From NCBI GenBank assembly GCA_041664745.1, contig JBAYKD010000001.1:106551-170550 (forward strand): DNA of 64,000 bases. Direction: 5' to 3'. Below the pieces are notes generated by a model that saw nothing but the letters and a program-made list of their open reading frames with translations, did not search any database and was not told the origin of the DNA. The DNA is from Minisyncoccota bacterium (GTDB taxonomy: Bacteria; Patescibacteriota; Minisyncoccia; Phycocordibacterales; UBA9973). A program made the position numbers and the translations under genes. Below are positions 1 through 8,054 of this stretch, piece by piece; positions within the stretch are counted from its first letter, which is position 1, and every line of letters begins with the position of its first letter.

Positions 1-367
1 TCCCCTCAAATAAACTACCAGTTCGTTTGTATTTTTGATTATAATACATTGCGTAAGCAGTTGTTAATTTTTGCATAAATTTACTGATACTTCCATCTTT
101 AGTTTGAGAAATAAGTACATGAAAATGATTTGGCATAATTACATATGCACCTATATGAACAAGGGGGGTTCCTCTTTCAACCTCAAATACACTAGAAAAC
201 TTTCTAATGTCAAAAATATTAAATTTTTTAGAAGAATTAGAAACATAAAGAAGATCTAAAAATCTTATATAATCTTCTTCATTATGGAATATTTTTTGTT
301 TACTATTTCCACGATTATAAATGTGATAATATTCTCCAGGCACAAAAGCTACTTTTCTGATAGACAT
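1..367 (-). mobile_element. REP-associated tyrosine transposase (RAYT, Y1/IS200-like HUH), partial; runs off the window edge
   Basis: Absent from the ORF track. Manual translation from ATG at 367: MSIRKVAFVPGEYYHIYNRGNSKQKIF...GAYVIMPNHFHVLI...SKFMQKLTTAYAMYYNQKYKRTGSLFEG. Has the YHxxNRG, MPNHxH (HUH) and Y-YN...RxGxLF motifs typical of RAYTs. Confidence 0.9.
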
Positions 368-390
368 ATCTTTATTATATAAAAAGAAAC

Positions 391-433
391 ATCGTGAGGC
401 AAGACCTCACGATTAACAAGACCTCACGATTAA
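391..433. repeat. REP-like palindrome plus tandem partial copy upstream of the RAYT
   Basis: ATCGTGAGG-CAAGA-CCTCACGAT (391-413); CAAGACCTCACGATTAA occurs twice in tandem (400-416, 417-433). Confidence 0.75.
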
Positions 434-440
434 AAAATAT

Positions 441-480
441 ACGAAAACCGTCTTTTAACGGTTTTCGTTAAAAGACGGTT
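441..480. terminator. Inverted repeat at the 3' end of the orphan ORF
   Basis: Perfect 15-bp arms AACCGTCTTTTAACG (446-460) / CGTTAAAAGACGGTT (466-480); alternative pairing 441-450/459-468. Confidence 0.55.
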
Positions 481-823
481 ATGTCTCATTTAATGATGTT
501 TTATATCGTAGCACCAAATTGTTGATGCTCGTAATGGTATAATCATCATCTTCACCAAAACGAAAGAGCGTTGGAGATTCTTTAAGAGATGGGCCTTCTT
601 TTTTAGCCCATTTAATAAAACCATCCAATGAGGCGTTACTAGCAGCCATTGCGTATTTTGTAATCACAAGCGATTTAGCTGCATGCATAGTCCAGTAATT
701 TCCGATACTCCTCATTGGAGATTCAATTTTTTCCAGAAATTTTTTACCCTCAGGGGTTTCGAGCCATAAAACATACTCATGGGTTGTTAACTCTTTTTCA
801 ATTCCAAAATCCTTTAAGTTCAT
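479..823 (-). CDS. Hypothetical protein (orphan)
   Basis: 114-aa ORF with its own promoter-like motif and a downstream hairpin; no family recognised. Confidence 0.7.
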   Translation of the reverse strand: MNLKDFGIEKELTTHEYVLWLETPEGKKFLEKIESPMRSIGNYWTMHAAKSLVITKYAMAASNASLDGFIKWAKKEGPSLKESPTLFRFGEDDDYTITSINNLVLRYKTSLNET

Positions 824-846
824 GACAATAAGATATTAGTGAATGA

Positions 847-886
847 TTTTTCTTTACATTACATCTAAATAATCTTTATGTCAAAT
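847..886 (-). promoter_or_regulatory. Promoter-like motif TTGACA-N15-TGTAAT, shared with 22772-22812
   Basis: Minus strand ATTTGACA-TAAAGATTATTTAGA-TGTAATGT-AAAGAAAAA. Confidence 0.55.
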
Positions 887-900
887 ACAATACAAAATTT

Positions 901-931
901 CCCCAGATAGAGTTTGAACCTCTATCTGGGG
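901..931. repeat. REP-like hairpin / fba terminator
   Basis: CCCCAGATAGAG-TTTGAAC-CTCTATCTGGGG; minus-strand core AGGTTCAAACT resembles AGG-N5-CCT. Confidence 0.6.
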
Positions 932-944
932 GAATTATTAGATT

Positions 945-1814
945 TTATAAATTATTGAATAGTTTTAGGCGGTTGTAGACTACTTCTTCTATAGCTTCTA
1001 CCGCAGGTTTTAGAATTTTGTAGGGGGCAATTTCAGAGGGATTTTCTTTTAGATATTTTTCAAGAGCTTCTTTATAAGCTACACGGATTTCTGTATTAAT
1101 GTGAACAATGTCTATGCCTTCTTTGATAGCATTAGTAAAATCTTCGTCTGCTATACCCGAACCTCCATGGAGAACTAATGGAGCTCCACAAGCAATTTTA
1201 ATATCTTTAATCCTCCCTATATCTAATCGTGGATTACCACCTGTTACCATGCCGTGGATGTTACCTACGGACGGAGCAAGTAAATTTATACCAGTAGCTT
1301 CTACGAAGTGTTTTGCATCTTCTGGTTTTGTCATCGTTGCTTCACTTACGCCTTCTGGAATTGCATCTAGAAGTTTTGAAGATTGGCCGATAAAGCCGAG
1401 CTCTGCTTCTATCAAGATATCTCTACCCTCTTTAGCTCCTAATTCTTTAGCATAATCTACGCATTGTTTGGTTATTTTTATGTTTTCTTCAAGCGGTAGT
1501 TTTACCAAGTCTATAATAGCGGCATCGTATCCGGCATCTAAGGCCGCTTTAACTCTCTCAAAACTGTAGTGGTGGTCTGCATTTAAGAATATTGGATAAT
1601 TATCTCGCTCACGGATCATTTTGACCAAAGTTGCAACTTCATCTCTACCAATAAATTCTTCTTCTCCTTCTGAAACTCCAATAATAACTGGCACGTTTAA
1701 TTTTTTAGCTGCATTGTAAATACCATGCAGGCTTTCCATATTTGAAATATTAAAATGCCCGATAGCTGTACCCTTCTCCCCTGCTTCTTTTATATATTCT
1801 CTTAAGGTTTTCAT
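945..1814 (-). CDS. fba: Class II fructose/ketose-bisphosphate aldolase
   Basis: GHFN, ADHH, EAELG, VGNIHG, LHGGSG, INTE motifs; start moved to 1814, 6 nt after TGaTATAAT. Confidence 0.9.
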   Translation of the reverse strand: MKTLREYIKEAGEKGTAIGHFNISNMESLHGIYNAAKKLNVPVIIGVSEGEEEFIGRDEVATLVKMIRERDNYPIFLNADHHYSFERVKAALDAGYDAAIIDLVKLPLEENIKITKQCVDYAKELGAKEGRDILIEAELGFIGQSSKLLDAIPEGVSEATMTKPEDAKHFVEATGINLLAPSVGNIHGMVTGGNPRLDIGRIKDIKIACGAPLVLHGGSGIADEDFTNAIKEGIDIVHINTEIRVAYKEALEKYLKENPSEIAPYKILKPAVEAIEEVVYNRLKLFNNL

Positions 1815-1851
1815 GTTCATATTATATCATAATATGGTACAATATAAACAT

Positions 1852-2850
1852 ATGGATAAAGATAAACAAATCGATTTCTTAGCTATAGGAGATATAGCAA
1901 CTGAGCCATTTATAAGAATTACAGACGCAGAAGCAAGTTGTGATCTGCAAGGAGAACATTGCAAGATATGTTTTCGTTTTGGGGATAAAATTCCTTATGA
2001 ATCAGCTGAAGTGTGTAAAGCTGTCGGGAATAGTCCAAATGTGGCAGTAGGCGCAAGTAAGCTAGGCGTGAGCACGTCACTCATATCTTATGTTGGAGAT
2101 GATTTAGTCGGTAAACAAGACATTGAATCTTTAATGAAAGACGGAGTAAATATAGATCACATGAAAATTGTTCCTGGCATGGAATCTAATTATCATTATG
2201 TTCTTTGGTATGCGAATGAAAGAACTATTTTAGTAAAACACACCGAATTTCCTTATTCATTTGGGGACGATGTTCCAGAAGCAAAATGGGTTTATCTTTC
2301 TTCTCTCGCGTCAAATTCGGAAGATTATCATAAAGAAATAGCAGAATATTTGAAAAAATTTCCTGAGATAAAGCTTGCTTTTCAACCCGGAACTTTTCAA
2401 ATTAAGCTAGGGACTGAAATGTTGAAAGACATATATGAAAGGACTGAAATATTATTCTGTAATTATATTGAAGCCAAAAGAATATTAGAAACTGAAGAAA
2501 GTGATAAAATCAAACTTTTAGAAATGTTGCATGGCTTAGGTCCTAAAACAATAGTTATGACCGATGGATTAAGTGGGGCTTATACATATGACGGGAAAGA
2601 TGTTTTGTTTGTACCTGTGTATAGTACCGAATCTTTTGAATCAACAGGAGCTGGAGATGCCTTTGCAAGTGCAATGATCAGCGCGATTATATTAGGAAAA
2701 GATTTGAAGGAAGCATTTTTATGGGGTCCTATTAATTCCATGTCTGTTGTCTCACAAGTTGGAGCGCAAAAAGGACTTCTCACCCAAGAAAAGATTGAAG
2801 AATATTTATCTAATGCACCGGAAGAATATAAGGTGACTAAAATTAATTAA
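1852..2850 (+). CDS. PfkB/ribokinase-family carbohydrate kinase
   Basis: GNSPNVAVG and STGAGDAFAS signatures; start taken as MDKDKQ after TGgTACAAT. Confidence 0.9.
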   Translation: MDKDKQIDFLAIGDIATEPFIRITDAEASCDLQGEHCKICFRFGDKIPYESAEVCKAVGNSPNVAVGASKLGVSTSLISYVGDDLVGKQDIESLMKDGVNIDHMKIVPGMESNYHYVLWYANERTILVKHTEFPYSFGDDVPEAKWVYLSSLASNSEDYHKEIAEYLKKFPEIKLAFQPGTFQIKLGTEMLKDIYERTEILFCNYIEAKRILETEESDKIKLLEMLHGLGPKTIVMTDGLSGAYTYDGKDVLFVPVYSTESFESTGAGDAFASAMISAIILGKDLKEAFLWGPINSMSVVSQVGAQKGLLTQEKIEEYLSNAPEEYKVTKIN

Positions 2851-2851
2851 T

Positions 2852-3097
2852 ATGAAAAATATAGAATTGCTTCCTGGGGTTTTTAAAAATGCGGGTAGAG
2901 ATGAACCAATATTATCTGTCCCCAACGAGAATTGGGATAGAGAAATAATTGAGCTTGAAGAACAAATAAAGAATATAAAGAAGATGATAGAAGAAACTGA
3001 CGACGGAGAAGAGATTGAGCATTTAAAAGATTTAATTACAGATAAAGAATTAGAAATTAAATTAATAGGTGTTCAGAAAAATTCAAAGAATAATTAA
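2852..3097 (+). CDS. Hypothetical acidic coiled-coil protein
   Basis: 81 aa, starts 1 nt after the pfkB stop. Confidence 0.6.
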   Translation: MKNIELLPGVFKNAGRDEPILSVPNENWDREIIELEEQIKNIKKMIEETDDGEEIEHLKDLITDKELEIKLIGVQKNSKNN

Positions 3098-3101
3098 TCC
3101 A

Positions 3102-3130
3102 TAAAAGCGAGCTAGTTTAGCTCGCTTTTA
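3102..3130. terminator. Bidirectional intrinsic terminator
   Basis: TAAAAGCGAGCTA-GTT-TAGCTCGCTTTTA between convergent genes. Confidence 0.7.
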
Positions 3131-4109
3131 TTTTTAAAATTGCTTCTATGATACTATCAGTATCTATTTTATAATACTTGGCAAGTTCATCGGGTTTTCC
3201 TGATTGACCGAATTGGTCTTTTATTCCCACAAATTCTATTCTTGTAGGGTGGAATTCACTTAAACATTCAGCACAAGCCGAACCCATCCCACCTGCTACT
3301 TGATGATCTTCAACTGTGATTATCCTCTTTGTTTCTTTTGCTAAAGTAATAATAGCCTCTTTGTCCAAGGGTTTGATCGTGGATAAATTCATAACTTTTA
3401 TTTTTATTCCCTCACTCTCTAATTGTTTAGCAGCTATTAAGGCATTATATAAAACAGGACCTGTGGCGATTATACCTACTTCTGCTAAACCATTTTCTGG
3501 ACCAAAGACTATTTGTGATTTACCTATTTCAAAAAGTGTCTCTTCTGTTGTAATTATGGGAGTATCATTACGAGCGACCCTTAAATAACTTGGATTTTTT
3601 GTTCTTGCTATAGCTTCCGTTGCTTTCTTGGCCTCTATTGCATCACAAGGTGAGATAACTATCATGTTTGGTAACACACGTGTGAGAGCTATATCCTCAA
3701 GCATTTGGTGACTTCCTCCATCAGGTCCAACAGAGAGACCAGCATGAGAACCGACTATTTTTACATTTTGATTGTTGTAACAAATAGTAGTGCGAATTTG
3801 TTCCCAATTGCGTCCGGGGTTAAAAATAGCATATGAAGCCATAAAAGGAATCTTACCCATAGCCGCCATTCCACTTGCCACACTAGCCATGTTTTGTTCT
3901 GCTATTCCTACTTCTATAAAGCGTTTTGGAAATTTATCGGCAAAAAGATTCATTTTGACTGATTCTAATAAATCAGCACAAAGCGAAACTACTTTTTCAT
4001 TATCAATACCTGCGAGAAGCAATCCTTCACCAAATCCTGCCCTCGTAGATTTCTTCTCTACATCAGAATTAAAAATTTTAGTATTTAATTTTAAATTTTG
4101 ATTAAGCAT
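3117..4109 (-). CDS. Transketolase, C-terminal subunit
   Basis: EVGIAEQNM, GPDGGSHQMLED, TIKPLD, EDHQ motifs. Confidence 0.93.
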   Translation of the reverse strand: MLNQNLKLNTKIFNSDVEKKSTRAGFGEGLLLAGIDNEKVVSLCADLLESVKMNLFADKFPKRFIEVGIAEQNMASVASGMAAMGKIPFMASYAIFNPGRNWEQIRTTICYNNQNVKIVGSHAGLSVGPDGGSHQMLEDIALTRVLPNMIVISPCDAIEAKKATEAIARTKNPSYLRVARNDTPIITTEETLFEIGKSQIVFGPENGLAEVGIIATGPVLYNALIAAKQLESEGIKIKVMNLSTIKPLDKEAIITLAKETKRIITVEDHQVAGGMGSACAECLSEFHPTRIEFVGIKDQFGQSGKPDELAKYYKIDTDSIIEAILKIKAS

Positions 4110-4110
4110 A

Positions 4111-4962
4111 TTATTTTAATTTATCTCCTAACATATTTAACTCTTTAATAGCCATTTCATATTGATCTTTATTAGGAGCAACACCGTGCCACTTATAATC
4201 ATTTTCCCATTCTTTTACACCCTTAGAGGGAATTGTATTGGCAATAATAACTGATGGTTTCCATTTTGTATTTTTGGCATGATAAATGGCGTGATTAATT
4301 TCTCTAAAATCATTTCCATTAATTTTTTGTACATCCCAATTAAAAGATTTCCATTTGTCTTCTAAAACACTAAGTGGCATAACTTCTTCAGTTGTTCCAT
4401 CTATCTGTATGAAATTACGATCAACTATGACTATTAAGTTGTCGAGTTTGTATTTAGCTCCAAGCATTATCGCTTCCCAATTTTGTCCTTCATTTAATTC
4501 TCCGTCGCCAACTAAGCAGTATATTGTTTTATCTACTCCATTATCCATTCGAGATGCTATTGCCATCCCCACGGCTTGTGACAAACCTTCACCGAGGGGT
4601 CCCGAAGAAGTATCTACCTGAGGGAGAAATTCACGATGAGGATGACCTTGAAGGGGCGAGCCAAACTTACGAAGAGTTTTCAATTCTTCGAATTTGAAAT
4701 ATCCTGCATGCGCCATCGTGGCATAAAGTACAGGACAAATGTGCCAATTGGAGAGTACTAGGTGATCTCGATCTTTCCAATATGGATTCTCTGGCTTATG
4801 TCTAAGTGCATTAAAATAAAGATAGGTAAATATATCAGCCATTCCAAGTGCGCCTGCTGTATGACCAGAACCTGCAAGATAAAGCATTTCAACTATACTC
4901 TTACGAATATCATTTGCTTTAATTTTTAACTCTTTTATTGTTTCATCTTTAATATTTTCCAT
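4111..4962 (-). CDS. Transketolase, N-terminal (TPP-binding) subunit
   Basis: GSGH, LQGHP, SSGPLGEG, GDGE..EG, WHG motifs; reads LSNWH where LSNGH is usual. Confidence 0.93.
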   Translation of the reverse strand: MENIKDETIKELKIKANDIRKSIVEMLYLAGSGHTAGALGMADIFTYLYFNALRHKPENPYWKDRDHLVLSNWHICPVLYATMAHAGYFKFEELKTLRKFGSPLQGHPHREFLPQVDTSSGPLGEGLSQAVGMAIASRMDNGVDKTIYCLVGDGELNEGQNWEAIMLGAKYKLDNLIVIVDRNFIQIDGTTEEVMPLSVLEDKWKSFNWDVQKINGNDFREINHAIYHAKNTKWKPSVIIANTIPSKGVKEWENDYKWHGVAPNKDQYEMAIKELNMLGDKLK

Positions 4963-4963
4963 A

Positions 4964-5650
4964 TTACAAATTTTCTAATTCTTTCATCGTCTCCTTTACA
5001 TCAAAACTTCTCATTAAGGCACTTCCAACCACTAATCTATTTGCTCCAGCTTTTACCAGTCTTGGAGCTGTTTCTTCATTGACGCATCCATCAATACTTA
5101 TAATTAAATCGGGGTATTGGGATTTCAAATCTTCAATCTGATTTAAAACTCTGTCATCAAATGATTCCCCTTGAAAACCAATATGCTCGATTCCCATACA
5201 TTGTACAAAATCTATAGAATTTATAAAAGGGAAAAGTTTCTCTATAGCGGTTGTTGTATTTATTGCGATTCCTATTTCTAGGTTCTCTCTGGTATATGGA
5301 TCTATTGAGTTTATAAATTCTTTAAGCTCATCTTCATTTTCGGCTTCTAAATGAAATATTATCCTTTTAGCTCCAAGTCTGACAAAAAAATCAAATTGCT
5401 TAATAGCATCTTTGACCATTAAATCAAATTCAAAGTCTAGGTTTTCCCAGTATGGCATTCCCTCTTCCTCACCTAATATTAAGGCTACGCTTTCCGCATC
5501 ATCCCTATCCATTGGCCAAGATTTTGACTCGACGAACTTACCATCACATATATCTATTTGCACGATGCGTGCTATGTTTACAACATTTGCGATTTTTTGT
5601 CGGAGATCATTTATATTTTTAGCTAATATGGCTGGTATAACTTCGGTCAT
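4964..5650 (-). CDS. rpe: Ribulose-phosphate 3-epimerase family protein
   Basis: PAIL, DICDGKFV, GFQG, SIDG, VVGSA motifs; sits in a pentose-phosphate cluster. Confidence 0.85.
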   Translation of the reverse strand: MTEVIPAILAKNINDLRQKIANVVNIARIVQIDICDGKFVESKSWPMDRDDAESVALILGEEEGMPYWENLDFEFDLMVKDAIKQFDFFVRLGAKRIIFHLEAENEDELKEFINSIDPYTRENLEIGIAINTTTAIEKLFPFINSIDFVQCMGIEHIGFQGESFDDRVLNQIEDLKSQYPDLIISIDGCVNEETAPRLVKAGANRLVVGSALMRSFDVKETMKELENL

Positions 5651-5652
5651 AG

Positions 5653-6102
5653 TTATTTTTCTTCTTCATTAATTTTATTAATTCTTCTTACATGACGTTC
5701 ATCATTTGTAAAAGGTGTATTCATGAATAATAGAATGGCGTTTTTGGCTTCATCTTCTGTTATGAATCTTGCTCCAAGAGAAAGAATGTTGGCATTATTG
5801 TGCTCTCTACCTAGTTTTACTATTTCCAAATTTCCCCCATAGAATTCTATAGCTCTTATTCCATCTACTTTGTTTGCTGAGATTTGCTCTCCTTCCCCAC
5901 TTCCACCTAAAATTATACCAAGTGATTGATGATCTTTTACAACAGCTTCTGCTACTGGAATTATAAAATCAGGATAATCATCTTCATTATCTAGATTGAA
6001 AGCTCCTTTATCTACAACTTCTATATTGAGACTTTGCATATAAGCCCTCAATTTTTCCTTAAGTTCGTATCCTGCATGGTCACTACCGATGTATATTTTC
6101 AT
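5653..6102 (-). CDS. rpiB: Ribose-5-phosphate isomerase B
   Basis: GSDHAG, DDYPD, GGSGEGE, HNNAN, RHVRR. Confidence 0.93.
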   Translation of the reverse strand: MKIYIGSDHAGYELKEKLRAYMQSLNIEVVDKGAFNLDNEDDYPDFIIPVAEAVVKDHQSLGIILGGSGEGEQISANKVDGIRAIEFYGGNLEIVKLGREHNNANILSLGARFITEDEAKNAILLFMNTPFTNDERHVRRINKINEEEK

Positions 6103-6146
6103 ACAGATTATTATAACATTTTTTAAATATATAATATAATAATACT

Positions 6147-6932
6147 ATGATTAATTTCCATAAATATCATGGTGCTGGTAATGACTTTATAATGATAAAC
6201 AATCTGGATAAAAGTATTTTCCTTACACCAGAGGATATAAGCCTATATTGTGATAGGAATTTTGGTATTGGAGCTGATGGTATTATTCTTTTGGAGCCTT
6301 CAGGAACGGCTGATTGTTTTATGAATTATTATAATTCTGATGGAAGTATTGCTCAGATGTGCGGAAATGGAGCTCGCTGTACAGCTAAATATTATTTAAA
6401 AGAAACAGGAAAAGATGTAAAAGTAATCAATCTGGAAACTCGTGCAGGTATAAAGAATATAAAAATAAATGAAGATGATACTTACTCTGTCGATATGGGA
6501 GCACCAATGTTTGAAAGTGCAGACTTCCCTGCTGGAACTTTAAAACCTGAAGGATTTGATTTCAGTTGTGTATCTATGGGGAATCCTCATACGATCACTT
6601 TAGTAAATGATTTAGAAAAAATAGATTTAAAAACAGTTGGCCCTAAAGTAGAGAATGATGAAAATTTTCCAAATAAGATAAACGTAGAATTTGTACAAAA
6701 AATAATGAATGACTATTACAAAGTAAAAGTCTGGGAGCGTGGCTGCGGAGCAACCCTTGCTTGTGGTACAGGTGCTTGTGCTGTTTATTCTATATTAAAT
6801 AAAATAGAAAATTTTAATAAAGAAATAACATTAGAATTCCCTGGTGGAAAGCTTTACCTATCTAAAAACGAACAAGACCACGTAATTTTACGTGGCCCTG
6901 CTACATTTGTATTTGAGGGAGAAATTATTTAA
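6147..6932 (+). CDS. dapF: Diaminopimelate epimerase
   Basis: KYHGAGNDF, GIGADG, MCGNG, SMGNPH, WERGCGATLACGTG; both catalytic Cys present. Confidence 0.93.
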   Translation: MINFHKYHGAGNDFIMINNLDKSIFLTPEDISLYCDRNFGIGADGIILLEPSGTADCFMNYYNSDGSIAQMCGNGARCTAKYYLKETGKDVKVINLETRAGIKNIKINEDDTYSVDMGAPMFESADFPAGTLKPEGFDFSCVSMGNPHTITLVNDLEKIDLKTVGPKVENDENFPNKINVEFVQKIMNDYYKVKVWERGCGATLACGTGACAVYSILNKIENFNKEITLEFPGGKLYLSKNEQDHVILRGPATFVFEGEII

Positions 6933-7950
6933 TACTTTGTCCTGTTTTGATGACGTGGTCTACAAGTGTGTACGTATACCCCATTTCGTTGTCGTACCAG
7001 CCCATAACTTTTACAAGGTTACCTCCGACGACGCGAGTCATCTCTAAGTCGGCTATACAAGCATGACTTTCTCCAAGAATATCTGAGGAAACTAGATTAT
7101 CTTCTGTAACAGTGAAGAGCTTGTGCCAGCGAGGGTCAAAGGCTGCCTTCTTCATTATTTCATTTACTTCTTCTTTTGTTGTGTCTCTTTGGGCAATGAA
7201 TGTAATATCTACGATTGATCCTGCAGGAACTGGTACGCGGATAGATATACCATCAAAGAGGCCTTTGAGTACTGGGAAGGCTTCTGTAACGGCTATAGCA
7301 GCTCCTGTGGATGAAGGAATGATGTTTTGGGCTGCTGCACGACCTTCACGAAGGTCCTTCTTACTTGGACCATCTACGAGTGCTTGAGTAGCTGTATATC
7401 CATGAACTGTATTTAAAATTGCTTTCTCTATGCCGATAGATTCGTGCATTATAGCGATAAGTGGTGAAGCCGCATTTGTAGTACAAGAAGCGTTTGATGT
7501 GATGTCGCAAGTTCCAAATTTTTTCTCGTTGATACCAAGGAGAATAGTTGCCCCCGGTGTTGTACTTTCGGCTCCTTTTGATGGGGCACTAATAACTACC
7601 TTTTTAGCGCCTTGATCTAAATGAAACTTTGCTTTATCAAATGAAGTAAAGAGGCCAGTTGATTCCACCACGACATCAATATCTAAATCTTTCCAAGGAA
7701 GCTTTGTTGTATCTTTTTCTGAAAGATATTTAATCTTTTTGCCATCTATAACCAAATCAGTTCCTTCCGCTTCTACTTTATGATCCCATTTTTTATAAAC
7801 TGTATCGTGGCGAAGCAAATATGAAAGACTTGCGATTGAACCCAAATCATTAATAGCCACTATTTCTACCTCGGGGTTATCCCAAGTGATTTTCAAAAAT
7901 GCTCTTCCAATTCTTCCAAAACCATTTATTGCGACTCTTACTTTTTTCAT
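6925..7950 (-). CDS. gap: Type I glyceraldehyde-3-phosphate dehydrogenase
   Basis: INGFGRIGR, SNASCTTN, IPSSTGAA, WYDNE. Confidence 0.96.
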   Translation of the reverse strand: MKKVRVAINGFGRIGRAFLKITWDNPEVEIVAINDLGSIASLSYLLRHDTVYKKWDHKVEAEGTDLVIDGKKIKYLSEKDTTKLPWKDLDIDVVVESTGLFTSFDKAKFHLDQGAKKVVISAPSKGAESTTPGATILLGINEKKFGTCDITSNASCTTNAASPLIAIMHESIGIEKAILNTVHGYTATQALVDGPSKKDLREGRAAAQNIIPSSTGAAIAVTEAFPVLKGLFDGISIRVPVPAGSIVDITFIAQRDTTKEEVNEIMKKAAFDPRWHKLFTVTEDNLVSSDILGESHACIADLEMTRVVGGNLVKVMGWYDNEMGYTYTLVDHVIKTGQSIK

Positions 7951-7960
7951 ATATTTTTAA

Positions 7961-8045
7961 GCGGAACAAATTATTTTATAAAAAATGGTCTGGCTCTTCG
8001 TCCTCCCTCATCCGAGGACCTTTTTTAGAATATAATTTGTGAAGC
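7961..8045 (-). ncRNA. Conserved structured element, copy 1 (5' of gap)
   Basis: Minus strand GCTTC-ACAAATTAT...GGTCCTCGGATGAGGGAGGACGAAGAGCCAGACC...ATAATTTGT-TCCGC; homologous to 33460-33551. Confidence 0.6.
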
Positions 8046-8054
8046 TTTATATTG

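Noticed and set aside
71-259. 62-aa plus-strand ORF
   Set aside because: Antisense shadow of the RAYT gene, which has clear motifs.
7990-8020. Hammerhead ribozyme in the gap leader (CGGATGAG...CGAA)
   Set aside because: The core should be CTGANGA...GAAA; both copies deviate and the second lacks GAA.
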